This document shows, piece after piece, positions 40,948-53,234 of a stretch of 64,000 bases of DNA; positions within the stretch are counted from its first letter, which is position 1, and every line of letters begins with the position of its first letter. The stretch covers positions 26,157 to 90,156 of the forward strand of contig JBKPMC010000044.1 in assembly GCA_046731955.1 (NCBI GenBank), in the 5' to 3' direction. The stretch is from Pseudomonadota bacterium (GTDB lineage Bacteria; Pseudomonadota; Alphaproteobacteria; Sphingomonadales; Sphingomonadaceae). The notes under the pieces are model-generated. The model was not told where the DNA came from. It saw only the letters and a program-made list of their open reading frames with translations, and did no database searches. A program made the translations under genes and the position numbers.

Positions 40948-41586
40948 TTAGTCGCCGGCGACGAAGGCCGTGATCATCCATCTCCCGCGAAGCTTCTCGA
41001 TCACCATCCGGTACCCGATGGGCTCGTAAAGATCGTCATCCGACATCCAGCCGGTGTTCCCGTCGGGAAGCCTGACTCCGGTCCACAGGTCGCCGCTGGT
41101 GTCCGTAGCCGTCACAAACGTCCATGGGGCGACCGTGACTGCGCTGGCTTCCACCCCCGGCTCCTTGAACAGCCTGGCGCCGGGCAGAGCCAGCCGGGCG
41201 TCGTAGAAATCATTGTCGGTATAAGGTTCGAGTTGCATGATGAGCGATGGAATGAGGCGAACGTCGCCGTCCCGGGCGCAGCCCATTTGGAGCATGGTTT
41301 CGAGCAAGGCCCAAATGCCGTGCGAGGCCGGGTCGAAGTCCCAGGATTCGGCAAATGCCTGCGGACCGGCAGCACCTCCGAAATTCACCAGGACCTTCGG
41401 CGACAGCATCCGCAGTAGCGCCTGGCGATCCTTTGTTTGCACGACCTTCTTCAAGGCCTCGCGAAACGTGGTGAAACCGGAATCCCCGCCGCATTGCTCG
41501 ATCGGTGGAAGCCTATTGGGCAGCGCTTGCACCGATGATGAAATGAACAGTGCGGCAAGTGCGAGGGCGCGGATCCTCACCATCAA
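40948..41586 (-). CDS. Exported hypothetical protein with SH3-like C-terminus
   Basis: Signal peptide; WTGVRLPDGNTGWM; ends WMITAFVAGD. Confidence 0.7.
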   Translation of the reverse strand: MMVRIRALALAALFISSSVQALPNRLPPIEQCGGDSGFTTFREALKKVVQTKDRQALLRMLSPKVLVNFGGAAGPQAFAESWDFDPASHGIWALLETMLQMGCARDGDVRLIPSLIMQLEPYTDNDFYDARLALPGARLFKEPGVEASAVTVAPWTFVTATDTSGDLWTGVRLPDGNTGWMSDDDLYEPIGYRMVIEKLRGRWMITAFVAGD

Positions 41587-41894
41587 TCCAGCGGGATAAT
41601 CACCTCGTCCGGGCGAACGAGCCCGAGATCCTTGCGCACCAGCTCGTCGGCCATGTCCGGGTCCGCCTTGCGCGGGTCGAGCAGCGCGGAGCGGTGCCGC
41701 AGATGTGATTTCTGCTCCTCGAGTTGGGCGAGCTCGGCCTGCCGCTCCTTAAGTGCGCGGTGATATCCGCCCCAGGCGAGGATCCCGTTGGGCCCGGCAA
41801 TCGCGTGGCCGGCGAACGTGCCGACGATGATCACCGCCAGCGCAGGCACGGCAGACTTGCGGATCAAGCCGAGAAAGCGGTTAGGTCCCCCCAT
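41583..41894 (-). CDS. ftsB: Septum formation initiator FtsB/DivIC
   Basis: TM plus GPNG, coiled coil, DELVRKDLGLVRPDE; downstream of eno. Confidence 0.9.
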   Translation of the reverse strand: MGGPNRFLGLIRKSAVPALAVIIVGTFAGHAIAGPNGILAWGGYHRALKERQAELAQLEEQKSHLRHRSALLDPRKADPDMADELVRKDLGLVRPDEVIIPLD

Positions 41895-41974
41895 GCCCAA
41901 GAAGAATCACGACGGCGGCATGAAGGCAAGTGAAAAGAATGCTTTGATGGATATCCCGTAGGTAAATTTGTGGA

Positions 41975-44017
<2,043 letters not shown>

Positions 44018-44018
<1 letters not shown>

Positions 44019-44359
44019 TGCTGAAGCCGGTTGATCCCGGACCGCAGGAGTCTCCCTCGATCGGTGAACTGGTCCGCCGGCTCGTCGGCGACGGCAAGTC
44101 CTATGCGGAAGCCGAGATCAGCGTCCTTAGGGCGATCGCGAATGCCAAAGCGAAGGCGCTGGTGCTTCCGGCGGTGCTGCTCGGGGTCGCCTTCATCCTG
44201 GCGCTCGCTGCAGTCACGGCTCTCTCCGTCGGGGTGGTCATAGCGCTAGCCAAGTTCACCGGACCGCTGCTCGCGGGAATTGTCGGCGTTGTGATCTTCG
44301 CGGTGATCGCCGCCGGTCTCGGCTGGTATGGCGCGGAACGCATAAGGCGCGAGCTGTGA
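44018..44359 (+). CDS. YqjE-like ('phage holin family') membrane protein
   Basis: SIGELVRRLVGDGKSYAEAEI plus two TM segments. Confidence 0.75.
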
Positions 44360-44730
44360 GGGAAACGGCCGAGATCGCCGCGGCCCGGATCGAGGCCGAA
44401 CGAGCGCGGACGCAGCTGCTCGAGACGCTCCGCGGGCTTGAGCGGTCGGTCTCCGATTTCCTGCAGGAGCTGACGCCCAGGCATATCATGCGCGAAGCAT
44501 GGGACGGCGCGAAGGAAAAAGGCGCGGATCTCGCCGAGGACGCGGTTGATGCCGTCCGCGCCCGGCCGCTCGCCGTCACTGGCGTGGTTGCCGCAATTGC
44601 CATGTTCCTTGCTCGCGAACCGCTGATGGATCTTGCGGGGAAGGTAGTCGGCGGAGCGAATGACAAGCGCAAGGCCCGCAAGACCCGCAGGCCGAAGACA
44701 AAGCAAGACGATACGGAGGTTGTGGAATGA
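44356..44730 (+). CDS. DUF3618-like protein
   Basis: EAERARTQLLETL...LTP, VRARPLAV plus TM; GTGA overlap with the upstream gene. Confidence 0.7.
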   Translation: MRETAEIAAARIEAERARTQLLETLRGLERSVSDFLQELTPRHIMREAWDGAKEKGADLAEDAVDAVRARPLAVTGVVAAIAMFLAREPLMDLAGKVVGGANDKRKARKTRRPKTKQDDTEVVE

Positions 44731-45143
44731 CCAAGCAGGACAACGACCAAACCCCTGAGGATTATGAAGAGAGCCGCGGCCGCTTCCGGCGCCAGCAGGC
44801 GATCGAAGTCTATGAGAGCGCTCGCAGCCGTGCCGCCGGCACGCTCGGCGAAGCGCCGCTGATTGCGCTTGCCGGCGGGATCGCCGCCGGCGCGCTGATC
44901 GCCGCCCTCCTTCCGCGGACCCAAAGCGAGGCGCGGCTCGTCCGCCCAACCGCGCGCCGCGTGCGCGAGACAGCCAAGGCAGCGTTCGAAGCCGCGAAGG
45001 AGACCGGCAGCGAGCGGCTCAGCGAGCTCGGCCTCAATCGCGAGAAGGGCGAAGAGACGATCCGCTCCCTGTTCCAGGGCGTTACCGACGCTGCGCGGGC
45101 CTCCGGCAAGGCGGCGTACGACGCGGCCCGGAGCAAGGGCTGA
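44727..45143 (+). CDS. Hypothetical membrane-anchored stress protein
   Basis: PLIALAGGIAAGALIAALLPRTQSE; ATGA overlap. Confidence 0.7.
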   Translation: MTKQDNDQTPEDYEESRGRFRRQQAIEVYESARSRAAGTLGEAPLIALAGGIAAGALIAALLPRTQSEARLVRPTARRVRETAKAAFEAAKETGSERLSELGLNREKGEETIRSLFQGVTDAARASGKAAYDAARSKG

Positions 45144-45184
45144 ACGGGTTTCGTGCTGTCCGCAAATCCTGCTAGCCAAGCTCC

Positions 45185-45445
45185 ATGAGCAAGCTCCATC
45201 TGGTATTCGGAGGGCGGGTCAAGGATCCGCGCGGCCTCGAATTCGACCTCAAGAGCATCGATCTTGTGGGGGTTTACGACAGCTATGCCGAAGCCGAGGA
45301 CGCCTGGCGCGGAAAGGCTCAACGCACGGTTGACGATGCCGAGATGAAATATGTGATCGTCCACCTGCACCGCCTCCTTGAGCCCGACGGCGAGGGGATC
45401 AAGCGGCCGCAGACGACCCCGGCGGAGCCTCAGGCCGAGCGATAG
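45185..45445 (+). CDS. DUF4170 family protein
   Basis: LHLVFGG...AWRGKAQRTVDDA...IVHLHRLL. Confidence 0.85.
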   Translation: MSKLHLVFGGRVKDPRGLEFDLKSIDLVGVYDSYAEAEDAWRGKAQRTVDDAEMKYVIVHLHRLLEPDGEGIKRPQTTPAEPQAER

Positions 45446-46059
45446 CGCCACAGCAGCAGCGGGCGCTGCAGTAGAAGGCCCACCGCGAAGCCGCCAACAT
45501 GCGCGGGGGTCGCCAGCATGTAGCCCTGTCCGCCCGCGAGCCAACTCATCGCCAGCTGCAGCACGACCCAGGCAGCCATCAGCCACAGCGCGTTAATCCA
45601 TCGGTTGATGAGGGGTGAAGGAGTGATGTCCTTCGGCCGCCCGAAACTAAGCGCAAACGCGCCCACAACCGCGCTGATTGCCCCACTAGCCCCGACCATC
45701 GGAACCATCACGTTAGGCTCGACAAGCCACTGCGCGCCCGCCGAGGCATAAGCGCCCACCAGATAGAGGGTGATGAGGCCTGTCTTGCCGAGCACGCGTT
45801 CAACCGCAGTCCCGCACCAGACGAAGATCAGCAGGTTGAATCCAAGGTGGACGAGCCCCGAATGAACCAAAGTCGCGGTGAGCGGCGTCAGAATCGCCGG
45901 TACGGCCGGCCAAGCCACCTCAGCTCCGCTGAGCCTTGCCGGGATGAAGCCCAACGACAGCGCCGCCTGGTCGGAAGCGTTAAGAAGCGCGGCAAGCAGC
46001 CACGCAAGCGCGGTCAGCGCCGTGATCGCGACCGTCGCTGTGCGTGGAACCCGCGCCAT
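45430..46059 (-). CDS. Rhomboid family intramembrane serine protease
   Basis: HLGFN, GASGAIS, AHVGGF. Confidence 0.92.
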   Translation of the reverse strand: MARVPRTATVAITALTALAWLLAALLNASDQAALSLGFIPARLSGAEVAWPAVPAILTPLTATLVHSGLVHLGFNLLIFVWCGTAVERVLGKTGLITLYLVGAYASAGAQWLVEPNVMVPMVGASGAISAVVGAFALSFGRPKDITPSPLINRWINALWLMAAWVVLQLAMSWLAGGQGYMLATPAHVGGFAVGLLLQRPLLLWRYRSA

Positions 46060-46067
46060 CGGACGGG

Positions 46068-46547
46068 TCAGACGAACTCGATTTTCTTGACCTCGTAATA
46101 GCGGTCGCCCGAGGGGGTCGAGACCTCGACCTCGTCCCCTACCTGCCGACCGATCAATGCGCGGCCGAGCGGCGAGTTGTAACTGATTCGCCCGACCTTC
46201 GCGTCCGCCTCGGTCTGGCCGACGAGCTGGTATTTCACCTTCTTGGCATCCTCGTCCTTGAGGGTGACAGTCGCGCCGAATACCACCTTGTCCCCCGACA
46301 GGCTCGTCGGGTCGATCACCATTGCGCGGCTGAGGCGGTCCTCGAGGTCGGCGATAGTCGCCTCGATCTGGCCCTGCCGCTCCTTCGCCGCATGATATTC
46401 GGCGTTCTCGGACAGATCCCCATGTGCGCGCGCCGCCTCGATCGCCTCGACGACCGCGGGCCGTTCCTCATTGCGCAGCCGCCGCAGCTCATCGTTGAGC
46501 TTGCGGTGCCCCTCTTCGAGCATTGGCACCTTTTCGGCAGTCGCCAT
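46068..46547 (-). CDS. greA: Transcription elongation factor GreA
   Basis: [26 protein letters not shown]. Confidence 0.97.
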   Translation of the reverse strand: MATAEKVPMLEEGHRKLNDELRRLRNEERPAVVEAIEAARAHGDLSENAEYHAAKERQGQIEATIADLEDRLSRAMVIDPTSLSGDKVVFGATVTLKDEDAKKVKYQLVGQTEADAKVGRISYNSPLGRALIGRQVGDEVEVSTPSGDRYYEVKKIEFV

Positions 46548-46620
46548 GTTGAAACCCTTTTCAAAACCCTGCCCCGGCGTGGCTATAGCCCGCAAACGAG
46601 AGGCAGATTGTCGTTGGAAG

Positions 46621-49600
46621 CTAGTTTTTGGAAGGGGAATAATAGGATTGGAGCGACGCGACTTCAAGCGCGTGGCCTCGCACCGCCTCGATGGAGCGTG
46701 CCGCCGCGAGGCTCGCCGCGGCGGTGGTGAAGTAGGGCACCTTCTTCTGCAGAGCTGTCGCCCGGATCGAATGGCTGTCCTTCAGCGACTGCCAACCCTC
46801 GGTCGTATTGAAGACCAGGTCGACGTCCCCGTCGAGCAGCCGGTCGACGATGTGCGGCCGGCCTTGTGCCACCTTGTTGACCTGGCTCACAGGAAGGCCC
46901 TTCGCCTGAAGGTGTGCCGCCGTTCCGCCCGTCGCGATGATCGAAAAGCCGAGCTCGACCAATTTCTCGACCGCCGGGATGATATTGTCCTTGTCCGCGT
47001 CCTTGACCGACACGAACGCCGTTCCGCCCTGCGGGAGGACCATCCCCGCGCCGAGCAAGGCCTTGGCGAAAGCGATGTCGAAATCTCTATCTATTCCCAT
47101 GACTTCGCCGGTGCTTTTCATTTCCGGTCCGAGCACCGGATCGGTGCCCGGGAAGCGCGCGAAGGGGAAGACCGGGCCCTTGACCGCGATATAGTCGAGG
47201 TCCTGACGGATCTCTTCGAAAGCGCTCAGCGGCTCGCCCACCATCACCCGTGCCGCAATCTTGGCAATCGGCCGCCCAACTGCCTTGGCGACGAAGGGCA
47301 CCGTCCGGCTCGCGCGCGGATTGACCTCGATGAGATAGACGTCCTGGTCCTTGACCGCGAACTGGACGTTCATCAGCCCCTTGACCTTGAGCGCCAGCGC
47401 CAGCTCGCGCGTCTGCCGCTCGATCTCGCGGATGATCTTCGGCTCGAGACTGTGCGGCGGGATCGCGCAGGCGCTGTCGCCCGAATGGACGCCCGCTTCC
47501 TCGATGTGTTGGAGAACGCCACACACCGCGACGTCGGTGCCGTCGCTGATCGCGTCCACATCGACTTCGATAGCGTCCCGCAGATAGCGGTCGATCAAGA
47601 CCGGCCTGCGCCCCGACACCTGCACCGCGGTCGCGATATAATGGTCGAGCTGCTGGGGCCCGTCGACCACCTCCATGCCCCTTCCGCCGAGCACGTAGGA
47701 GGGCCGCAGGAGCACCGGATAGCCGATGCGCTCAGCGACGCGCAGCGCCTCGTCGCGGCTTCGCGCGATACCGTTGGCCGGCTGCTTCAGGCCCAGTTGA
47801 ACCACAAGCTTCGCAAACCGCTCGCGGTCCTCGGCAAGGTCGATGCTGTCGGGCGACGTGCCGAGGATCGGAACTCCGGCAGCTTGGAGCTCCTCGGCAA
47901 GCTTAAGCGGGGTCTGGCCGCCCAATTGGACGATCACGCCCAGCAGCTCGCCCTTCTCCTGCTCGCGCCGGACGATCTCGAGCACGTCCTCGACGGTCAG
48001 CGGCTCGAAATAGAGCCGATCCGAGGTGTCCGGGTCGGTTGAGACCGTCTCCGGATTGCAATTGACCATGATCGTCTCGAAGCCCGCGCCTGCCTGACCG
48101 TTGCGGTCGCGCCCGAGGGCGAAGGCCGCGTGGCAGCAGCAATAATCGAACTCGATCCCCTGCCCGATGCGGTTGGGGCCGCCACCGAGGATCATCACCT
48201 TTCTGCGGTCAGAGACCTCCGCTTCGTCCTCGGGCTCGCCGAACAGCGGCGCCTCGTAGGTCGAGTAGAGATAGGGAGTGGTCGCGTCGAACTCGGCCGC
48301 GCAGCTATCGATCCGCTTGAATACCGGGCGAACGCCAAGCTGGAGCCGGTGCGCGCGCACCTCCGCTTCGGTGATCCCGCCGGTCATCATCCGAATTGCG
48401 GTGTGCACCACTCCAGAGCCGGCAGCCACCGCCTCGCTCATCTCACGCTCCATGCCAGCGGAGCGGAGCGACAATTGCGCCAACCGCGCGTCCGAAAAGC
48501 CCATGGCCTTGAGGCGCCGCATGCCGCGAGCATCGCTCGGCAAGCCATTGATCCGCACCTCTTCCTCGGCGTCGACAATCTCCTGCAGTCGCTCGAGGAA
48601 CCAGGGGTCGAACCCGGAGATCTGGTTGATCCTCTCGACCGTGAAGCCCTGACGCAGCGCCTCCGCCGCGACCAGCAGCCGATCGGGCGTCGGTCGGGCA
48701 AGCAGACTCTCGATCCGGACCGGGTCGGCATTCTCGAGTTCCCGGTGGCGATCGAGCCCCGTCAGCCCCACTTCGAGCCCGCGCAGCGCCTTCTGCAGGC
48801 TTTCTGCGAAACTGCGACCGATCGCCATGACTTCGCCCACGGACTTCATCGAGGTCGTGAGGATGGCGTCCGCGCCCTTGAACTTCTCGAAGGCGAAGCG
48901 CGGCACCTTGGTCACGACATAGTCGATGGTCGGCTCGAAGCTCGCCGGCGTCGCACCGCCGGTGATGTCGTTGGCGATCTCGTCCAGAGTGTAGCCGACC
49001 GCCAGCCGCGCCGCGACCTTGGCGATCGGGAAGCCGGTGGCCTTCGAGGCAAGCGCGGACGACCGCGACACGCGCGGGTTCATCTCGATCACGACCATTC
49101 GCCCAGTCTTTGGGTCGATTGCGAACTGGACGTTAGAACCGCCTGTTTCGACGCCGATTTCCCGAAGCACGGCGATGGCGGCAGAGCGCATCCGCTGATA
49201 TTCCTTGTCGGTCAGGGTCAGCGCCGGGGCGACGGTGATGCTGTCGCCCGTGTGCACTCCCATCGGATCGACATTCTCGATCGAGCAGATGATGATCGCA
49301 TTGTCGGCGCGGTCGCGCACGACCTCCATCTCGAACTCTTTCCAGCCGAGCACCGATTCCTCGATCAGCACTTCGGTGGTCGGCGAGGCTTCGAGGCCGC
49401 CGGTGACGATATGAAGGAATTCGTCGCGGTTGTAGGCGATTCCTCCGCCCGTCCCGCCAAGCGTGAAGCTGGGGCGGATGATCGCCGGCAGCCCGACATG
49501 GTCGAGCGCCGTGAGCGCTTCGTCGAGGCTGTGCGCGATCGCCGAGCGCGGGCTTTCGAGCCCGATCCGATCCATCGCCTCGCGGAACTTGAGTCGGTCT

Positions 49601-49980
49601 TCCGCCTTCTCAATCGCCTCGGCATTGGCCCCGATTAGCTCGATGCCCAGCCGGTCGAGGGTCCCGTCCTTGTAGAGCGCGAGCGCGGTGTTGAGCGCCG
49701 TCTGCCCGCCCATGGTCGGAAGCACCGCGTCCGGCCGCTCCTTCTCGAGGATCTTGGCGACGATCGCGGGCGTAATCGGCTCGATGTACGTCGCGTCCGC
49801 GAGCTCGGGGTCGGTCATGATCGTCGCCGGGTTCGAATTGACGACGATGACCCGATAACCCTCGCTTTTCAGCGCTTTGACCGCCTGGCTTCCCGAATAG
49901 TCGAACTCCGCCGCCTGGCCGATGACGATCGGGCCTGCACCGATGATCAGGATCGAGGATATGTCGGTGCGCTTAGGCAT
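46621..49980 (-). CDS. carB: Carbamoyl-phosphate synthase large subunit
   Basis: [54 protein letters not shown]. Confidence 0.98.
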   Translation of the reverse strand: MPKRTDISSILIIGAGPIVIGQAAEFDYSGSQAVKALKSEGYRVIVVNSNPATIMTDPELADATYIEPITPAIVAKILEKERPDAVLPTMGGQTALNTALALYKDGTLDRLGIELIGANAEAIEKAEDRLKFREAMDRIGLESPRSAIAHSLDEALTALDHVGLPAIIRPSFTLGGTGGGIAYNRDEFLHIVTGGLEASPTTEVLIEESVLGWKEFEMEVVRDRADNAIIICSIENVDPMGVHTGDSITVAPALTLTDKEYQRMRSAAIAVLREIGVETGGSNVQFAIDPKTGRMVVIEMNPRVSRSSALASKATGFPIAKVAARLAVGYTLDEIANDITGGATPASFEPTIDYVVTKVPRFAFEKFKGADAILTTSMKSVGEVMAIGRSFAESLQKALRGLEVGLTGLDRHRELENADPVRIESLLARPTPDRLLVAAEALRQGFTVERINQISGFDPWFLERLQEIVDAEEEVRINGLPSDARGMRRLKAMGFSDARLAQLSLRSAGMEREMSEAVAAGSGVVHTAIRMMTGGITEAEVRAHRLQLGVRPVFKRIDSCAAEFDATTPYLYSTYEAPLFGEPEDEAEVSDRRKVMILGGGPNRIGQGIEFDYCCCHAAFALGRDRNGQAGAGFETIMVNCNPETVSTDPDTSDRLYFEPLTVEDVLEIVRREQEKGELLGVIVQLGGQTPLKLAEELQAAGVPILGTSPDSIDLAEDRERFAKLVVQLGLKQPANGIARSRDEALRVAERIGYPVLLRPSYVLGGRGMEVVDGPQQLDHYIATAVQVSGRRPVLIDRYLRDAIEVDVDAISDGTDVAVCGVLQHIEEAGVHSGDSACAIPPHSLEPKIIREIERQTRELALALKVKGLMNVQFAVKDQDVYLIEVNPRASRTVPFVAKAVGRPIAKIAARVMVGEPLSAFEEIRQDLDYIAVKGPVFPFARFPGTDPVLGPEMKSTGEVMGIDRDFDIAFAKALLGAGMVLPQGGTAFVSVKDADKDNIIPAVEKLVELGFSIIATGGTAAHLQAKGLPVSQVNKVAQGRPHIVDRLLDGDVDLVFNTTEGWQSLKDSHSIRATALQKKVPYFTTAAASLAAARSIEAVRGHALEVASLQSYYSPSKN

Positions 49981-50246
49981 CAGGTCTGGAAGCTCATGTT
50001 GACGAAGACGGGCCTGAGGCCGTTCTTCCGCGCCCATTGGGTGATGCACACGCGCTGCTCGGGCGAGGGATTGTCGCGGATCAGCAGCACGAGGCGCTTC
50101 TCGCTCTCGTCCTGAATCAGCTCGCCCAACGCCAGTCCGCAGCCGAGCGCGATTTCATTGAGCTGAGCGTCGGTGTGCATCCGCGCCGGCGTCGCGCAGG
50201 CGGAAAGCGCGAGTGCCGACAAGGCAAAGGTGCGCCTGGCGATCAC
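49980..50246 (-). CDS. Small lipoprotein
   Basis: Lipobox LSAC; stop overlaps the carB start. Confidence 0.7.
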   Translation of the reverse strand: MIARRTFALSALALSACATPARMHTDAQLNEIALGCGLALGELIQDESEKRLVLLIRDNPSPEQRVCITQWARKNGLRPVFVNMSFQT

Positions 50247-50701
50247 TTGGCATCCTTCGGGAACAAGGACGCAACGTCGAGGTTCGGCACCGCCGGTGCC
50301 TTCACCTTGCAGCTTTTCTCCGCGCCCTTGACCACATCCTTGATCAGGTCGGAAACCTTGCCGCGGCTATACTTGCCCGGTCGCATTCCCGTCTCGACTT
50401 CCTGGAAGGCCACTCCCTGACAGCCGCGGAAGCCGGCGATAACGCGGACGAATTCCTTGGCATGCTCGACGCTCACGACAAGGTCGCCCGAGTTGAAGCC
50501 AGCCTCGCAGGCGTCCGATGTGCAGGGCTCGCTGCCCTGCGTGACCTGCTTTGCGACATACCATTGGCCAGGCGGAAGACCGAAAACATCCTCGGGGAGG
50601 GCAACGCCTGCCTTGCTGGCCGGCACCTCGACGATCTCTTGAGACTGCGCTGCGCTTGCTGCCGACAGCGCGGCGATAGCGACGATGAGGGACAAACGCA
50701 T
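50243..50701 (-). CDS. Exported hypothetical protein with 4 Cys
   Basis: GGAGG RBS; signal peptide; begins immediately after the carA stop. Confidence 0.7.
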   Translation of the reverse strand: MRLSLIVAIAALSAASAAQSQEIVEVPASKAGVALPEDVFGLPPGQWYVAKQVTQGSEPCTSDACEAGFNSGDLVVSVEHAKEFVRVIAGFRGCQGVAFQEVETGMRPGKYSRGKVSDLIKDVVKGAEKSCKVKAPAVPNLDVASLFPKDAK

Positions 50702-50702
50702 G

Positions 50703-51896
50703 TCATGCCTCCTTCGCGATCTGACTCACGAATTTCTCGAACAGGTAGAAACTGTCCTGAGGACCCGGTGAGGCCTCCGGGTGGTATTGGACGCTGAATG
50801 CTGGGCGGTCAGTCAGTTCAATCCCGCAATTGGAGCCATCGAACAAAGATACATGCGTCTCGCGCACGTTATCCGGGATGCCTTCCCGCTCGACGGCGAA
50901 GCCGTGGTTCATGCTCGTAATCTCGACACGCCCGTCGGCGAGGCGCTTCACTGGATGATTGGCGCCGCGATGGCCCTGGAACATCTTCGACGTCTTTCCG
51001 CCGACTGCGAGCGCGAGCATCTGATGCCCGAGGCAGATTCCGAACAACGGCTTCTTGGTCTCCAGCATCTTCTGAATGACCGGCACCGCATATTTGCCCG
51101 TCGCTGCCGGATCGCCCGGCCCGTTCGAGAGGAAGAAGCCGCCTGGCTCGTGCGCCATGATCTCGTCGAAGCTCGCGGTCGCCGGCACCACCGTCACGCG
51201 TGCGCCGGCTTCGCACAGGTTGCGGAAGATATTGCGCTTTGAGCCATAGTCCACCGCGACAACGTGCGGACGGCTCTCATCGTCGCCGCCCATTTCGTAG
51301 CCGTGGCCCCAGGCCCATTTGCCGCCTGTCCAGCGCTCGACCTGCAGCCGGCTGACCTCCTTGGCGAGGTCCATGCCCTCCAGACCGGGCCATTCGGCGG
51401 CCATGCGCTGCAGCTTCTCGAGATCGAAATTGCCGCTCGGGCTATGAGCAATCGCGATCGTCGGTGGGCCTTCGCCGCGCACGAGCTTCGTCAGCGCCCG
51501 TGTGTCGACGCCCGCGATCCCGATCCGCCCCCATTTGCGCATCCAGTCGGCAAAGCCCTGGTTCGCGCGATAATTGCTCGGCTCGGTCACCACCTCGCGC
51601 ACCAGGCAACCAAGCGCATGCGCCTCCGCCGCTTCCACGTCCTCATCGTTGGCGCCGACGTTGCCGATGTGCGGGAAGGTGAAAGCGATGACCTGCTTCG
51701 CGTAGCTCGGGTCGGTCATCACTTCCTGGTACCCGGTCATGGCCGTGTTGAAGCACAGCTCGCCGACCGCCTGCCCTTCCGCGCCGAAGCCCTGGCCCCA
51801 CACCGTGCGCCCGTCGGCGAACACCACGACTCCCGTCGCGCCCTCGGGCCCCTTTATCTGGGAGCCCTGCGCGTGCAGGGGTCGTACGTCGGCCAT
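50703..51896 (-). CDS. carA: Carbamoyl-phosphate synthase small subunit
   Basis: FNTAMTGYQE, SNGPGDP, GICLGHQ, QYHPEASPGP. Confidence 0.98.
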   Translation of the reverse strand: MADVRPLHAQGSQIKGPEGATGVVVFADGRTVWGQGFGAEGQAVGELCFNTAMTGYQEVMTDPSYAKQVIAFTFPHIGNVGANDEDVEAAEAHALGCLVREVVTEPSNYRANQGFADWMRKWGRIGIAGVDTRALTKLVRGEGPPTIAIAHSPSGNFDLEKLQRMAAEWPGLEGMDLAKEVSRLQVERWTGGKWAWGHGYEMGGDDESRPHVVAVDYGSKRNIFRNLCEAGARVTVVPATASFDEIMAHEPGGFFLSNGPGDPAATGKYAVPVIQKMLETKKPLFGICLGHQMLALAVGGKTSKMFQGHRGANHPVKRLADGRVEITSMNHGFAVEREGIPDNVRETHVSLFDGSNCGIELTDRPAFSVQYHPEASPGPQDSFYLFEKFVSQIAKEA

Positions 51897-52038
51897 GGGC
51901 GAAAGAGCCTTCCGTCAGGGGTTCAATCAGCGATGTCGCTAAGGCATTTCCGCTATGCGCATTATGGCCCCCGGTCAACGTCTGGTCAGGCCCGAAATCG
52001 CCCGCTAGGGCTGGAGGTTTCCCGGCAGAGACAAAGTG

Positions 52039-52491
52039 ATGATGCGCGACGACATCAAGGCTGCGACTATCACCGCCATGAAGGGCGGTGACAAGGAGAC
52101 GACTGGCACGCTGCGGCTGGTCCAGGCCGCGATCAAGAACCGCGACATCGAGGCGCGAACCGGCGGCGCTCCCAAGGACGACGACGCGTTGGTCACCGAA
52201 GTGCTGCAGAAGATGATCAAGCAGCGCCGCGAATCGGCCGACATCTACCGCAAGAACGGCCGCGAGGACCGCGCCGCCGCGGAAGAAGCGGAGATCGCGG
52301 TGATCGAGCGCTTCCTTCCCCAGCAGCTGAGCGATGCCGAAGCCGAGGCGAAGATCCGTGAGATCATCGCCGAAGCCGGCGCTTCGTCGATGAAGGACAT
52401 GGGCCGGGTGATGGCGCTGGTGAAGGAGCGCCTCGGCGCCTCGATCGAGCCGGCTCGGGCCAGCGGACTGGTCAAGGCGGCGCTCTCCTAG
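52039..52491 (+). CDS. GatB/YqeY domain protein
   Basis: KMIKQRRES, FLPQQLS, KDMGRVM. Confidence 0.92.
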   Translation: MMRDDIKAATITAMKGGDKETTGTLRLVQAAIKNRDIEARTGGAPKDDDALVTEVLQKMIKQRRESADIYRKNGREDRAAAEEAEIAVIERFLPQQLSDAEAEAKIREIIAEAGASSMKDMGRVMALVKERLGASIEPARASGLVKAALS

Positions 52492-52499
52492 GGTGTACG

Positions 52500-52532
52500 A
52501 AAAAGGCTCCGCCGCGGTCGGCGACGGAGCCC
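52500..52532. terminator. Terminator between convergent genes
   Basis: GGCTCCG / CGGAGCC stem with an adjacent A-run. Confidence 0.65.
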
Positions 52533-52551
52533 AATGAGACAGTATTGACGG

Positions 52552-52929
52552 CTATCTTGCCGCAGTAGCCGCTCCGCTGGTGCTTCCACCTCCCGCGAGC
52601 CCAGTCACACCTTCCATCACGAGCTCGTAAAGGAAGATGGCCAGGGCGGTCGCGAGTGAACCGGCCGCGCCCATTTGGAGATTGCCCGCCACTGCCGTGA
52701 GCTGTGCGCCAACCGCGGGAATGTGACCCAGCGCAGCGCCAACCATCGGCAGCGCAATGACGAGCGCCGCGAGCAGGACCATTCTGTCCCTTGGAACGGC
52801 AAGGCCCGCGATCAAGCCAAGCACGACGAGGACCAACGTCACATCCATCATGCCGAGGGCAACAAACCCGGCAACGAGTGCGAGCACAATGTAGAGAGCG
52901 CGGGCGAGCCCGCCGATTTTCTTCAGCAT
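52552..52929 (-). CDS. Hypothetical multi-TM membrane protein
   Basis: GGAGGGG RBS before MLKKIGG; about four hydrophobic segments. Confidence 0.75.
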   Translation of the reverse strand: MLKKIGGLARALYIVLALVAGFVALGMMDVTLVLVVLGLIAGLAVPRDRMVLLAALVIALPMVGAALGHIPAVGAQLTAVAGNLQMGAAGSLATALAIFLYELVMEGVTGLAGGGSTSGAATAAR

Positions 52930-53129
52930 ATATCCCCCTCCTTCATTATTCCGCTCAGCGGTCTTTGCCGCTTTGTGTCGGAACGGTGACAGATTACCTT
53001 CAATCGCCTCGTTTCGCGCATGGAATGAATCGTTTGGAATCAAGCACCTGGCCACTTGGTAAATTATTGGCACACCATGTGGGTATTGAAGTGGCGTCCA
53101 TACCGATCGAGCTGTTCCGAGTCGCAAGC

Positions 53130-53138
53130 TGTGGATAA
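53130..53138 (-). promoter_or_regulatory. Consensus DnaA box upstream of dnaG
   Basis: TGTGGATAA on the plus strand = TTATCCACA. Confidence 0.6.
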
Positions 53139-53234
53139 CTCGCCTCGCGCGCTTGCGGGTGCGTGAGTCGAGGTGCAACACAGTGACTTCCCTAAAATGA
53201 CGCCGTCGCCCACTTCGCTCGAAAGGCTCACCTG

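Noticed and set aside
46471-49638. 523-aa and 502-aa plus-strand ORFs opposite carB (also similar ORFs opposite dnaX, slt and gyrA)
   Set aside because: Shadow ORFs expected in high-GC DNA.
52930-53234. Possible replication origin
   Set aside because: Only one clear DnaA box, no box array or unwinding repeats, and no typical origin gene context. Better explained as a promoter region.
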